Program-made: the position numbers and the translations under genes
Shown here: one piece after another, positions 47,357 through 58,396 of the stretch
How positions within the stretch are numbered: position 1 is the stretch's first letter
How the letters are laid out: each line of letters starts with the position of its first letter
NCBI GenBank assembly: GCA_937915175.1
Contig: CALDNA010000052.1
Span: forward strand, 25,150 to 89,149
Direction of reading: 5' to 3'
Length of the DNA: 64,000 bases
Source of the DNA: an uncultured euryarchaeote
GTDB taxonomy: Archaea > Thermoplasmatota > Poseidoniia > Poseidoniales > Poseidoniaceae
The notes under the pieces: generated by a model
Databases searched by the model: none
The model's input: only the letters and a program-made list of their open reading frames with translations
Told to the model about the DNA's origin: nothing

Positions 47357-48646
47357 ATGGCGAGCATCAGAACGTGGCTTGAAGGGACCAAAACCGGCGG
47401 CATGAGCCTCGGATTAAAGCACACAAAGCAGGTGCTTGAGCGACTCAACCTTTCGCACAATCCAAAACACATCTTGCACGTTGCTGGCAGCAACGGCAAA
47501 GGAACCGTTTGTGCGTTAATGGCCTGTGGCCTTACCCTCGCACGTCGTTCAAATGTGTTCTTTTCATCACCTCATCTGATCCGAGTGGAGGAACGCATCC
47601 GAGTGGATGGTAAACCCGTCTCAGCCCACCGCTTCGACGAGGCAATGAACGCTGTTCGTAGCGCCTGTGAAACACCACCCTTTGTACCGTTGACTTTTTT
47701 TGAAGCCACATACCTTGCAGCGATGTGGGTGGCGAACGATGCGGGTGTGGAAGTTGTCATCTTGGAAACCGGACTTGGTGGTCGATTGGACGCCACCCGT
47801 TCAGGCCCCGCCACAGCATCCCTTGTCACAGCAATTAGCGCAGAACATCAGGATATACTCGGCGAATCAATTGCTCTCATCGCTCGAGAAAAAGCGGCAA
47901 TAGCACGCCCGGGGTGCCCCATCCTGATGCGAAACCCCGAAGAGAAAACCGTCGAACAAGCCATGCTCGAAGAAGCCCAGATGGCGGGTCAATCGGAACT
48001 GGGTGAGCCTCAAGCGCCCGCAGCGCCGCACATCGTGAACATTCCAAACGGCACTTCAGTTCGAACTGAAGCGCTGATTTTAGCAACTGCTTTGTTCAAT
48101 GAAGTGGGCCTGCCTTCAGAGCACCTCGCGGCTGCGTTTGAACGGGTGCATTGGCCCGCAAGGCTCCAGCACGTGGCCGAACATTCCAGCAACGGCCATC
48201 CGTTCCTCTTGGATGCAGCCCACAACCCTTCAGGTTTGCAACGAGTATTGCCTGAATTGGAACAGCATGTTCGCCATGCCGTAGAGGCTGGTAAGGGTTG
48301 GACGCTTTTCTTCGGCACTTCGCCGCAAAAAAATCTAGCGTCATTTTGCAAACCGCTTATCGCATTGGCCACCCGTTATCCACCGCATCAGATTGTATTC
48401 ACAGAGCCGCAAGGTGGCAGGTATCCAGGCGTAGCCTGTCAAACGCTAGCGGATTTAGCATGGCCTTTTGCGGCTACACACCTCGAACCTTTACCTCAAA
48501 AAGCCTTGAAACACCTCTCGAGCATGGCACCATCAGAGGTCGGTTTAGTGATCAGCCTCGGGTCACTTTACTTGCAAGGCAACATCCTTGAAGCGCTCGA
48601 TTTGTCCAGCGATGAGGACCTGTCCTTGCTGTCGAAGCACTCATAG
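47357..48646 (+). CDS. folC: Folylpolyglutamate synthase/dihydrofolate synthase (Mur ligase family)
   Basis: HVAGSNGKGTVCALMA P-loop, ILETGLGGRLDATR, LLDAAHNPSG. Internal ATG 47357 chosen (ATG 47285 is also possible). Confidence 0.85.
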   Translation: MASIRTWLEGTKTGGMSLGLKHTKQVLERLNLSHNPKHILHVAGSNGKGTVCALMACGLTLARRSNVFFSSPHLIRVEERIRVDGKPVSAHRFDEAMNAVRSACETPPFVPLTFFEATYLAAMWVANDAGVEVVILETGLGGRLDATRSGPATASLVTAISAEHQDILGESIALIAREKAAIARPGCPILMRNPEEKTVEQAMLEEAQMAGQSELGEPQAPAAPHIVNIPNGTSVRTEALILATALFNEVGLPSEHLAAAFERVHWPARLQHVAEHSSNGHPFLLDAAHNPSGLQRVLPELEQHVRHAVEAGKGWTLFFGTSPQKNLASFCKPLIALATRYPPHQIVFTEPQGGRYPGVACQTLADLAWPFAATHLEPLPQKALKHLSSMAPSEVGLVISLGSLYLQGNILEALDLSSDEDLSLLSKHS

Positions 48647-48677
48647 CACGCACGGCTGTGTGCGGTTTGGTGGGCCA

Positions 48678-49127
48678 ATGAGCGATAAGTGGGATCAACG
48701 ATTTCTCGACCTTGCATTCCACATTTCCGGATGGAGCAAAGACCCTTCCACGAAGGTAGGTTGTGTGGTTGTTGGTGAAGACCGTGAAATCCGCTCTACA
48801 GGATTCAACGGCTTTCCACGAGGCATCAGCGATGACAATGACCGCCTGACCGACCGCGCCAAAAAGTACCCTCTTATTTGCCATGCAGAAGAAAACGCAA
48901 TCATGCACGCTGCCCGTATTGGTGTCTCACTGAAAGGCAACACCGCCTTTGTCACATGGCCCCCATGTTCCCGCTGCGCACGTTCTTTGATTCAAGCTGG
49001 CATCCAAGAAGTGGTGTACCCGACCCCTGAAGACATCCCCGAGCGATGGATGGAAGATTTCGAAATATCCAACGGGATGCTCCAAGAAGCAGGTGTCCTT
49101 GTTCGGACTGTTGATTCGACCCCCTAA
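48678..49127 (+). CDS. dCMP/CMP deaminase, zinc-binding
   Basis: HAEENAI and PCSRCA zinc motifs. N-terminus WDQRFLDLAFHISGWSKDPSTKVGCV. Confidence 0.88.
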   Translation: MSDKWDQRFLDLAFHISGWSKDPSTKVGCVVVGEDREIRSTGFNGFPRGISDDNDRLTDRAKKYPLICHAEENAIMHAARIGVSLKGNTAFVTWPPCSRCARSLIQAGIQEVVYPTPEDIPERWMEDFEISNGMLQEAGVLVRTVDSTP

Positions 49128-49174
49128 TCATTGCGAACCGAACGATTGATGCACCAACACACGGTGCGTCAGCC

Positions 49175-50125
49175 ATGCGGGGCTACAGAGGAGTTGCCTG
49201 CTTCATCGGGCTGCTCTTGATGGCCGGTTGCGTCACCCCGACCGTCCCCATCAACGAACAAGAAGAACCGATTGCCCCTGTCGAAGAAGGTGCCTGCAAC
49301 GGATTGATTGTTTTGTGCGATCGGAGTTATGCCGATGTCACGTTCCCTGAAACCCACAACGCTTTCTCAACGTACGAAGATGGAATCTACTACCCTGCGG
49401 CAAACCATCAAACTGGCTTGGTTGCTCAATGGAACGCTGGAATGCGGGCCTTCATGATCGATACGCATTACGAAACCCTTGGCGATGAGCGCGTGGAAAC
49501 AGTCCGTTTGTGCCACGGCGACGATGATCGAGGGTTCAGCCCTTGCACGTATGGGACCGTCAATGCAGAGGCATGGTTGTCCCAATTGATGTCCTTGATG
49601 GAAAGTTCACCAAGGGATGTTGTCACCCTATTGGTTGAGAATTATGTCCAACCAGATCATCTGCAAGCAGTGTTTGAAAATACGGGCATGTACGACCGGA
49701 TTTTTGTTCATTCAATGAACACAGAATGGCCCACATTGGGGGAACTCATCGCCCAAGAAACGCCCTTGGTGGTCTTCTGGGAACAAGGTGAAGACCTTAG
49801 CCACCCCTGGATTCATGATTTCCTTACTCACAGTTGGACGACCAATTTTGCTGAAGAGAACACTGAGGACATGAATTGCGACCCCTTGCGAGGCGATCCT
49901 GAACAGGCTGTGTTCCACATGAACAACTGGCTCCGTGGCCCACTTGGTCTTTCAGACCCGTCCCGGGGCGATGAAGCAAACAACGTTGACTTCTTGGTTG
50001 AGCGAGCCACTGAGTGCTGGATTCAGCATGGCAAACGGCCGACATTCATCGCTGTTGACTGGTGGGAAGACGGCGATGTAGTGGCTGCAGCCCTTGCTAT
50101 CAATGAGTTAGAAGCACCGATTTAA
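49175..50125 (+). CDS. Secreted lipoprotein with a PI-PLC X-domain-like (PLC-like phosphodiesterase) fold
   Basis: Lipobox LLLMAGC. ETHNAFSTYEDG...ANHQTGLVAQWNAGMRAFMIDTHY resembles PLCXD-type proteins. Confidence 0.55.
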   Translation: MRGYRGVACFIGLLLMAGCVTPTVPINEQEEPIAPVEEGACNGLIVLCDRSYADVTFPETHNAFSTYEDGIYYPAANHQTGLVAQWNAGMRAFMIDTHYETLGDERVETVRLCHGDDDRGFSPCTYGTVNAEAWLSQLMSLMESSPRDVVTLLVENYVQPDHLQAVFENTGMYDRIFVHSMNTEWPTLGELIAQETPLVVFWEQGEDLSHPWIHDFLTHSWTTNFAEENTEDMNCDPLRGDPEQAVFHMNNWLRGPLGLSDPSRGDEANNVDFLVERATECWIQHGKRPTFIAVDWWEDGDVVAAALAINELEAPI

Positions 50126-53100
50126 GCCCAAAACCTTCGCGTTCGAGCGTAATCAATTTCTGCGTTGTGGATGGCTTCAAGCAGTCCTTCCATGTTGTTG
50201 CGTTGCGTTCGACGAAGCAAGCGTTGTGCAGTTGCTTCACCTACACCCCTGCCCATCAAGCACAACACGGCTTCATAGCCTCGGCTTTGAACTAAATCCG
50301 CGTTCTTTACCATCCGGCCCTGATCCTTCTCATCCTCGGAAGCGACCCATCCTTCAAGCATGGCCTGCATGCCTTCGCGGGCGCAGGCAAGCATCGTTCC
50401 AGAACACTTAGTGCACCGGTTGATGTCCTTGATTTCATTGAACCGTTCGACCCGAAACCGTCGCACGTTCTTGCATTTTAGACAGCACAACACGGCTCGC
50501 TCATTGACCAACCTCGTCCGGAGTTTTTCTCTGACCGCAGCGTTGTCCCAATTCGGCAACAACAAATCCCGGCTTGAGCGGTTCGATACGCCCATTGGTC
50601 CAGTGGCAGAGACTTCAAGTTCAATCAAACCAGTTTGGATGGCATGCAATACGTCCCGGGCGCCGAGAACATCCATGCGCTCATGGAAGAGCTTCTCGAG
50701 CACCTCTTCCATCACTACAGTGCCTCGGTATTTGCGCAACAGTGCTTGTAGGTTGATCTTTCGAGGGTCCACACCGTGCCTCAAAATTCCAAAAGTTTTG
50801 GCCACTTGAGCAAACCGCCAGCGCACCTGCCTTGAGTTCGGAAGCGTGACGCTCAACAAACCTTGGATTGCGTCAGGGGGCGTCTCAGTAAGCCATCCAA
50901 CAATATGCTGAGCGTGGATGTCTCCAGTTTGAAGGCTCATTCTCGTTGGTTCATTGACCAAACGGCCCCATTTTCCAGTCTTGGTCGAGGCCATGGCCAT
51001 CAGAAAGTGCCCAAGCGCCTCATTGATTCTCGAACCATGACAGGAATTGATGACAATAGCATCTTCTCGTTCCTCAATGGTGATTTTCCGGTCTGTTGCA
51101 AGCACACCGGTGGCTTCCAAATGATTGGTGATCGTTTCTGCCAAAAGGCCAAGCGCTTCTTCGTCGATTGGATGCTCTTTCAAGGTTGAATGACGGTCTG
51201 CGAAAATGGCGTTGACATCCAGCGCATCGCTTGGAGGCGAAGGTGGTGCTTCGTAGGCACCAATGTCCTCTGCGACCAAGTGCCGCAAGCGCCCTATGTC
51301 ACGCGCTATGGCTTTGGGTACCGGAGGCAATTCTCCCACCCACTGTGGAGCGTTCGCTTGATCTGAAACGGGAGTGACGAGCAACTCTGATTGTTCAGGG
51401 TCGGCATCAATAATCATCCATGTCCGTCCAGCCATGACGAATTGTCGGCGATGGCCATCGTCGTCTTCTCCGCTGTCATTGAGCGATAAAACGAACGCCT
51501 CATCGACGTTCCCGAGGCTTCGACGAGTTACAGCATCTCGAACGCGATAGGATTGCTTATCTGGAATCATCGATAGGTGATTGCTCACCCATTGGCGCGT
51601 GCGTCCTGCGGTCGAGAACCATCCTTTGGCAAACAATTCTGGAACTGGAACTTCAAGTTCCTTGATGGCGGCTGAAATCTCTTCATCTGGAACGTTGTAT
51701 TTTGGTCGTTCCTCCGGCAGTTCTAATTTCTTCACTGCTGCTTCGGCTTGGGCTAATGCATACACCTTTGCTGGCCAGCGGTACCAAGGGATTTCCTTTG
51801 GATCTGGCGTATGTCGAATGATCCAACTGTCAGCAAGCACCTTGAGGATTGCTTCGGTATCTTGGCGGTTCCATCCCTGGAATTGGCTGGCATTGCCGAT
51901 GATTTCTGTAGCCGTGTCAATAGGGACTGCGTTATGTGAATGCGCCATCAAGACCAACTGGTTGGCCACCACTGCTTTGGGTCGGTCGCGCCATTTTACC
52001 GGTTCAATTTCGCCAAACATAGCGCGCCGTGCCACAACAGCCCCTTCGGCAATTTCGTCCGCATCCCAAGCGAGCAAGTGACCGCGACCCACGCCACCAA
52101 GTCGGTGGTCGGCCCGGCCGACACGCTGCAGCATTCGGTCAACAGAACGAGGGCTTTTGACTTGGATGATGCGCTGGATTTTTCCAACGTCGATGCCGAG
52201 TTCAAGGCTGGAAGTGCACACCAGGCCAGCAAGGTCTCCTGCTCTCAGTCGATCTTCCATGTCTTGACGGGTATCGGCTGCTAACGAACCGTGATGCACA
52301 CCAATTTGGACATCAGGCGCCATCGTTTGCAGTCGATTAGCAATTGTTTCAGCGTCGTTTCTGCTGTTGACGAACACCAAGCATGGAGGTTCGGTTCTCA
52401 ACACCTCAATCAGCCGCCTAAAGCTCGCGTGAACCCGAGGTGTCACACCCAATTCGATGCCACCAACCTCGTCTTCTGCCAGCGGTTCAGCGCATTCAAC
52501 CGTCAACTCGGTGCTTCTCTCGCCCATAGCAAGGATGGCTTTACCGCGTTCGGGTGAGAGCCACTTTGCAACATCATCTGGATTTCCGACGGTGGCTGAA
52601 AGACCAATTTTCTGAACCTTTCGCCCGGATAAGGCTTCCAATCGTGCGATCCCTAAGGACAACTGCCACCCTCGTTCACTGGCGGCTAAATCGTGCACCT
52701 CATCGACGATGACTGCTCGCACAGTACCGAGTAATTTTCTCAAGTTTTTTCCTGTGAACATCAGTTGAAAAGTTTCAGGTGTTGTGACAAGAAGATGCGG
52801 AGGTTTTCTCGTTTGTCGAGCACGCTCGCTCTGTGTTGTGTCCCCGTGGCGCAACCCCACCTTGAGGCCAACAGCGTCGGTGATTTCTTCCAGCCTTCGA
52901 TCAACATCTCTGTTCAAGGCACGAAGCGGTGTGATGTACAAAATAGCCAATGGGTCCCATTGTTCACTCAAGCAACGATGCAGGACAGGAAGGACTGCAG
53001 CCATGGTTTTTCCCGACCCTGTTGGGGCGATGATGATTCTGTCCTCGCCTGCACACAGTTCTGGCAGGGATGCTGTTTGAACTGGAGTGGGCTGCCACCC

Positions 53101-53157
53101 TCGTTCTTCGAGTGAGGCCGCAAGCCGTTCATCGAGGATTGAAAACACACCAGACAT
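50122..53157 (-). CDS. lhr: Lhr-family large ATP-dependent DEAD/DEAH-box helicase
   Basis: IIAPTGSGKTMAAVLP, VIVDEVHDL, SATVGN, VHHGSL, TSSLELGIDVG. C-terminal CLKCKN...CTKCSG zinc ribbon. Internal ATG 53157 chosen. Confidence 0.88.
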   Translation of the reverse strand: MSGVFSILDERLAASLEERGWQPTPVQTASLPELCAGEDRIIIAPTGSGKTMAAVLPVLHRCLSEQWDPLAILYITPLRALNRDVDRRLEEITDAVGLKVGLRHGDTTQSERARQTRKPPHLLVTTPETFQLMFTGKNLRKLLGTVRAVIVDEVHDLAASERGWQLSLGIARLEALSGRKVQKIGLSATVGNPDDVAKWLSPERGKAILAMGERSTELTVECAEPLAEDEVGGIELGVTPRVHASFRRLIEVLRTEPPCLVFVNSRNDAETIANRLQTMAPDVQIGVHHGSLAADTRQDMEDRLRAGDLAGLVCTSSLELGIDVGKIQRIIQVKSPRSVDRMLQRVGRADHRLGGVGRGHLLAWDADEIAEGAVVARRAMFGEIEPVKWRDRPKAVVANQLVLMAHSHNAVPIDTATEIIGNASQFQGWNRQDTEAILKVLADSWIIRHTPDPKEIPWYRWPAKVYALAQAEAAVKKLELPEERPKYNVPDEEISAAIKELEVPVPELFAKGWFSTAGRTRQWVSNHLSMIPDKQSYRVRDAVTRRSLGNVDEAFVLSLNDSGEDDDGHRRQFVMAGRTWMIIDADPEQSELLVTPVSDQANAPQWVGELPPVPKAIARDIGRLRHLVAEDIGAYEAPPSPPSDALDVNAIFADRHSTLKEHPIDEEALGLLAETITNHLEATGVLATDRKITIEEREDAIVINSCHGSRINEALGHFLMAMASTKTGKWGRLVNEPTRMSLQTGDIHAQHIVGWLTETPPDAIQGLLSVTLPNSRQVRWRFAQVAKTFGILRHGVDPRKINLQALLRKYRGTVVMEEVLEKLFHERMDVLGARDVLHAIQTGLIELEVSATGPMGVSNRSSRDLLLPNWDNAAVREKLRTRLVNERAVLCCLKCKNVRRFRVERFNEIKDINRCTKCSGTMLACAREGMQAMLEGWVASEDEKDQGRMVKNADLVQSRGYEAVLCLMGRGVGEATAQRLLRRTQRNNMEGLLEAIHNAEIDYARTRRFWA

Positions 53158-53257
53158 AGTCTCCCCACCCTCTACGAGCAATCCTCTCGGCAACCTCTTT
53201 TGAGGATTTGCAATCAAGCAATGGGTTCAGAAATAACGGAAAACGACGAACTGCGTA

Positions 53258-56200
53258 TCAGTCCTCGTTGTAATCATCCTCTTCTTCCTCTTCTTCTTCT
53301 TCCCAGTCTTCTCCACCGTCAAAGAGCCCTTCGCTGTGATCGATTCTGGTCCGCGAAGCAACTGTGGCAACACCAATCAACACGATGATTGATGTTACGA
53401 TGAATATCCAAGCGAGTGGGTTTTCTCTCGGTGAATCAAACCACCCAAGGTACATCGGGTATGCGAGTTCGACGGAGTGTTCAGCCGAATTGTCCTCGTC
53501 GTTCACTTCCACAATGAGGTTGTCACGATCAACGACGATACGGATGCGGTCCACTTCTTCTGCCTTCCAATTGGTCTTGACTTCGATGATTTCTCCCGAA
53601 TCAATGCCAGCAAGTGTAACTTCATCGAATGGTTTGTCCTCATCGCCCGCATAGAAACTAACCTTGAACGGAGAGTTGGTGTCACCGCCAGTGTTGATGA
53701 CATGTGCGGCAACCTCGACGTTTGAGCCGGGTGCGACGTGGTCGTCTGATAGGTCGATTGAATGGACGCGCAGTTCGGGTCCAACGGCACCCAAACGGAT
53801 CCATTGCCGTTCGAAATCTGTGTCATCGACCGCCAATTCTGGAACCGGGCTCGCTTCGGAATTCGAAACGACCGGGAATTGGTTTCCAGCCGTGTCATAG
53901 CCGCTGATGTAGAACCCAACAAAGTCGCCAACCTTTGGAGCAATGCGTCCATTGTCGGTGAGGTCAACCGCGCCGGTCCAAATCACGTTCTGGCCTTCTT
54001 GTTGCATGCCAAGTAGAGTCGAGCCAGCACCGATGGTCACGGTGCGGGTTGCATCACGCATCACCCAGTGCACCATCTGCCTTGATCCGGTGAGGTCAGC
54101 GTCTTCAGTACCGTGGAATTCAACTGGCACGAAGGTAAGATCGTTGTTTGCTGAGATATCGATGACATTCAGCGGACTTGTTCGCTTGACAACACGTGGG
54201 GCAGCATCGTCAACAATCACCTGTAGGGTTGTCGAAACTAAGGTGCCAGTCATGTCTTCTCCTCGCCCTGGGATGTTGGTGATTGAGATCAAACAGGTTC
54301 GAGTTGGTGAGGATTGAAGCGTGGTTGCAGAGGAAAGTGGTACCTCCACAGCGTAATTGCCTTGGGCGGTGAGGGAACCATCGCTCCACATCTTTTCGCC
54401 GTCAAAGACCTCCACGAGGATGCCCACGTCTCGAGGTGCAGGGACGCTGCTTCCTTCATAGACAACGGTCCCAGTGAACGCTAATCGGTCATCCTTGCGC
54501 ACACGGCTGCCGTCGGCAATTTGCCCTGTGCGTGGCTCGCTGATGTCCTCTACGAGGTAGTCGCTTGGTGCCAACATCAAATCGTTTTCAACTCGGAAGG
54601 TGTGTTCAAGGAGTAATATTCGGTCTTCGAAGGCAGATCCACGTTCCTTGTAGATCAGAGCCACATCGCCCATTTCTTCATCAGGCCAGTCCCATCCAAT
54701 TTCGAAGTGGAAAGCCAATTGAATCCATGGCAATCCTGACTCGTTTGTCGTCTCATGCATGGCGCTTGTGGACATGAGTGTGATGAAATCACTCTCAGAC
54801 CAGAAGGTATCGTTCACTCCAGAGTAGGAGATGCGTTGTGCATCTCGCAATGGATTTGGTCCTTCAAAGTCAAAGACAAGCGAAATGTGCTCAAAGTCGA
54901 TGGCTGTGTTTGCATCAATGAAGCCGAGCGTGATGGTTTGTTCCATGCCCGCAAAGATTGGAGCGTTGTCATCGTGACCGACCCATTCCAAACCAGTGAA
55001 AACGGCAGTGGAGTCCTTTCTTGTTCGGAAGGTTGCATCGTCATGCTCGAATCCAGATTCGGACTCAAAGGTTAAGATTTCATCATCGTCATTTGTAACC
55101 GCGTAATACAGGGCGTTACCCGCTTGGTCGCCGCCCTTCCAGAAGTAAGACACACGGCCCATGTTCGGGTTGCGGGAGTGGTCGATGGTGGTGATGAACC
55201 ACTTGTTTTTGGCTTCGGATGTATTCTCCACATTCTTGGAGGCGTATTCCTGCGGGTCAGCTTCACCGTTTCTGTTGGTGTCGTGATCCGCCTCCACCCA
55301 ATACATCAGTTCGAGGTTCATTGGATGGCCGACATCGTCGTTGACCATGACCTTGATTTCCTGCTGAGTGCTTGCCGCTTCATAGCCGTCATCAATTGGG
55401 GCGAAGTCCATGCGCTCAGGAGCAGTAGCGTCGATCTTGTAGGTACGTTGCCAATCGCCGTTCGGAGCCATGACGTGGGTTGGTTCGCGTTCGTTGTAGG
55501 TCTGCACCTCGTAAGTAAGGCCGTCTGGAATATCGATTTCTGGCAGGTCAATGCCGATGAAGAATGTTCCATTGTTGTTGGTTGTGTCGCGAGCGGTGCT
55601 TTCGACCCAGCCATTGCGTGAGATTCGAACATCGAAGGCGCTGTCTTTTGGAGCGTCCTCGGTGTTATGGAACCACATAGCGCCTTGGAAGTACAGGGTT
55701 TCGCCAGCTGCCACCCATGAGTTATCAGGTACATCGTCCATGGTCAAACGACCATCGTTGTCGCGAACCTTGAGCCAACCGAGTCCAAAGCTCCGATTGA
55801 CAGTCATTGTTTCGTCGCTGAGTAAATCGAGGGGGGCGTACCCAGCAGAGCCGCTGTTGTCTAAGCATCCGGTCTTGAATCGGATGCTGTTTTGGTCTGG
55901 GAATTCGGAGGTGACGTGGAAGATCCAATGAATTTCGAGTATGCCGTTGTTTTCACTGGACCAAGAACTTGCATCCATCTCGATGTAGTCTTCAGGGTCG
56001 TTTGGATCAGGGAACACATCGCCATTTTGCCAGGTCATGGTTGGATTTTTGGCAATGGAATTTGTCTGAAGCGTTAACGTCGCTTCTGTCATGCTCGATG
56101 CATCTTCTCCGATGATGTGTCGCGTGACAACTTCGTAGGGTTGAAGTCGCTCGTGAAGGATTTCTCCAACGGGGATTTGAATGTCGAGGTTGATGGTGTT

Positions 56201-58396
56201 GACCGTGTAGGTGATGGAAAAGGATTCCAACACAAGCACACCAGAGGATGAAGACACCAACCCAATCGAGAGGTTTGCAATGCCAGCACCTGTGTCTGGG
56301 ATTCGGTCATTGAGGCACTTGAGAAGGTTGTTGACGCCTCCAGACACCGTCACATGGGTGACTGTAATCGGGCCCATCAGTGCGCCATCGCTTGATGGCA
56401 TCTTCCAGCAGGTTGGTGTTGTCCATTCAAACGGTTTGGCTGGATTCAACAGGCCCCCAATTTCAATTCCTGATTCTTCGGGGGCATCAGCGTGTTGTGC
56501 AATGATGATGTTTGAGATCGAAGGCGTGTTTTGGGTGTTGGATGAACTCAATTCAACCCGCAAGCACATGTAGTAACCCGTCGGGCTGAGGGCTTTGGTT
56601 TGACCTGATTGAGCGGTGGTCCATGTTTGAACTCCCGTTGTTCCTGAGGTACATGTCGACGAGGAGGCGTACCCATAATTCACTCGAACCGAGGTGCCAG
56701 ATGGTGTTGTTGCGTTCCAGGTGATGGTTGCAGCAACCGTGGTTTTCACGCCACTACCGACGTATTGATTGGTGTACACATAGCCTGACGTGACATACGA
56801 GGTGGTGTACTCAACACCAATCATATCCAATATTGGAGTGTCAGTAGCCGTTCCGTTGAGGGTGGCGCGCCAATCAAGGCTTGTGCTCGCCGATGGGAAA
56901 GTGACCGCTTGACCTGTATTCACGTGGCGCCATGTGGCGCCACCATCGTTGGACAAATCGACGTCAATGCTTGTTCCACTTGGAAGATAACCAATGATGC
57001 CGGATACAAAGAATTCAGAAATCGGTTTGGAGATTGAAACGGTTGCGCCTCGGATCAAATTAGAAGTGGAGGTTGGGGTCCTTGCATCGAACAAAGCCCC
57101 GTCGCCGTGACTGTAGATCTTGTGACGGGAAGAACTTGCACAGTACGCTGTGCTGTAGTAAGAGCATGCGAAACTGAGTTTCCCATCGCCTGACTCGACG
57201 AGGCCGTAATGACCACCTTCTTGCACGTCTTTAACGCCCATGTGTTCTATGAAATTTCCGTTGAACCTCAGGAAGTGGTGATAACTGTCGTAATTGTAAC
57301 CAACACCGCTCTTGTAGCCCGTGTCGTATTCATTGTAGATAATCGTCGGGTAATTCACAACCAGTCCTGCGCCATATTGTGTAGGGATGGTGGAAGTTGT
57401 GCCGAGGGTCCATGTTCCATTGAGCGAAGTCGGTGTGGTTTTGCTGACTTCATTGAGGTAGTGTGCCTGTGCGGAATAGCTGTAGGTTGAAACCCACATT
57501 TTCCCAGTCGATTCATCAATGTCAACGCCCGTCACGTAGTTTGGGCTGAACGACCAAGATCGTTCACACTTCCATTGCCTTCCATCTTTGGTGCCGTCGT
57601 TGTTCGTATCAACGTCTCGAACGGTCCATTTTGTAAGGTAATAGTAGGAACTGTGGGCGGTGTAGACAGTGTTGCCATCCACTGTTGCATCGCTCATTCG
57701 GTAGTATTGGCTGGCTGAGCATCCGTTGGTGGTCACATCAACGCTTGCAGTGCCAAGGTAAGCGCCGGAAGTAGCGTTGATTCGGAGCACAACAGGGACG
57801 CTGTAAAGGCCAGAGGATGTGTAGCGCATGACGTGGAATTCATCACCGACTTGGACAACAACTCCAATGTAACTCCAGCCTGCCGTGGTGCTAACGCTCA
57901 ATTGAGGGAAAATCTTGGTTAATCCGGTGTAGCCCTGGTCGCCGTTGGCAATGAACTGGCCTGTTGTGTTCTGTACAGCAGAACCTTTGGATTGCACCTG
58001 TTGAGTTCTTCCAAAGTCCAAGTTGGCGGTGGACGGGTTGCCTCGAAGTTCCAAACTTTGGGTATCAACGTTGACGTTTTGACGGCTTCCAGAAGTGAAA
58101 GGTGATGGGGCGCTGCCGCTCCATGCGCCATCGCCGGCTCCGCCAAAATGACTGTTGGTGGTGAAGTTGGTGTAGGTTGTCCGACTCGCTTCGCCCCGCA
58201 GTTTGAATTCAGCGGCTGTCACTTCGGCTCCGAATGGGATTGACAGATCGCCCGCACTTCCGTTCCCACTGCCTGAAAATGTGTGGGTGTACGAGGTCGT
58301 TCCGTTTTGGAATTGCGTTTCAGTGGTTGCTCCAGCAGCGATCGGAGCCATCAAAGAAGTGAGGAAAATAAGGGTCAGAAATATTGCTTTTCGCAT
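53258..58396 (-). CDS. Giant (1712 aa) surface protein with signal peptide, CARDB-like domain, TM anchor and poly-Glu cytoplasmic tail
   Basis: Signal MRKAIFLTLIFLTSLMAPIAAGA. CARDB-like segment nt ~53450-53770 (VAPGSNVEVAAHVINTGGD..FKVSFYAGD). TM WIFIVTSIIVLIGVATVA. Tail EDWEEEEEEEEDDYNED. Confidence 0.85.
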   Translation of the reverse strand: MRKAIFLTLIFLTSLMAPIAAGATTETQFQNGTTSYTHTFSGSGNGSAGDLSIPFGAEVTAAEFKLRGEASRTTYTNFTTNSHFGGAGDGAWSGSAPSPFTSGSRQNVNVDTQSLELRGNPSTANLDFGRTQQVQSKGSAVQNTTGQFIANGDQGYTGLTKIFPQLSVSTTAGWSYIGVVVQVGDEFHVMRYTSSGLYSVPVVLRINATSGAYLGTASVDVTTNGCSASQYYRMSDATVDGNTVYTAHSSYYYLTKWTVRDVDTNNDGTKDGRQWKCERSWSFSPNYVTGVDIDESTGKMWVSTYSYSAQAHYLNEVSKTTPTSLNGTWTLGTTSTIPTQYGAGLVVNYPTIIYNEYDTGYKSGVGYNYDSYHHFLRFNGNFIEHMGVKDVQEGGHYGLVESGDGKLSFACSYYSTAYCASSSRHKIYSHGDGALFDARTPTSTSNLIRGATVSISKPISEFFVSGIIGYLPSGTSIDVDLSNDGGATWRHVNTGQAVTFPSASTSLDWRATLNGTATDTPILDMIGVEYTTSYVTSGYVYTNQYVGSGVKTTVAATITWNATTPSGTSVRVNYGYASSSTCTSGTTGVQTWTTAQSGQTKALSPTGYYMCLRVELSSSNTQNTPSISNIIIAQHADAPEESGIEIGGLLNPAKPFEWTTPTCWKMPSSDGALMGPITVTHVTVSGGVNNLLKCLNDRIPDTGAGIANLSIGLVSSSSGVLVLESFSITYTVNTINLDIQIPVGEILHERLQPYEVVTRHIIGEDASSMTEATLTLQTNSIAKNPTMTWQNGDVFPDPNDPEDYIEMDASSWSSENNGILEIHWIFHVTSEFPDQNSIRFKTGCLDNSGSAGYAPLDLLSDETMTVNRSFGLGWLKVRDNDGRLTMDDVPDNSWVAAGETLYFQGAMWFHNTEDAPKDSAFDVRISRNGWVESTARDTTNNNGTFFIGIDLPEIDIPDGLTYEVQTYNEREPTHVMAPNGDWQRTYKIDATAPERMDFAPIDDGYEAASTQQEIKVMVNDDVGHPMNLELMYWVEADHDTNRNGEADPQEYASKNVENTSEAKNKWFITTIDHSRNPNMGRVSYFWKGGDQAGNALYYAVTNDDDEILTFESESGFEHDDATFRTRKDSTAVFTGLEWVGHDDNAPIFAGMEQTITLGFIDANTAIDFEHISLVFDFEGPNPLRDAQRISYSGVNDTFWSESDFITLMSTSAMHETTNESGLPWIQLAFHFEIGWDWPDEEMGDVALIYKERGSAFEDRILLLEHTFRVENDLMLAPSDYLVEDISEPRTGQIADGSRVRKDDRLAFTGTVVYEGSSVPAPRDVGILVEVFDGEKMWSDGSLTAQGNYAVEVPLSSATTLQSSPTRTCLISITNIPGRGEDMTGTLVSTTLQVIVDDAAPRVVKRTSPLNVIDISANNDLTFVPVEFHGTEDADLTGSRQMVHWVMRDATRTVTIGAGSTLLGMQQEGQNVIWTGAVDLTDNGRIAPKVGDFVGFYISGYDTAGNQFPVVSNSEASPVPELAVDDTDFERQWIRLGAVGPELRVHSIDLSDDHVAPGSNVEVAAHVINTGGDTNSPFKVSFYAGDEDKPFDEVTLAGIDSGEIIEVKTNWKAEEVDRIRIVVDRDNLIVEVNDEDNSAEHSVELAYPMYLGWFDSPRENPLAWIFIVTSIIVLIGVATVASRTRIDHSEGLFDGGEDWEEEEEEEEDDYNED

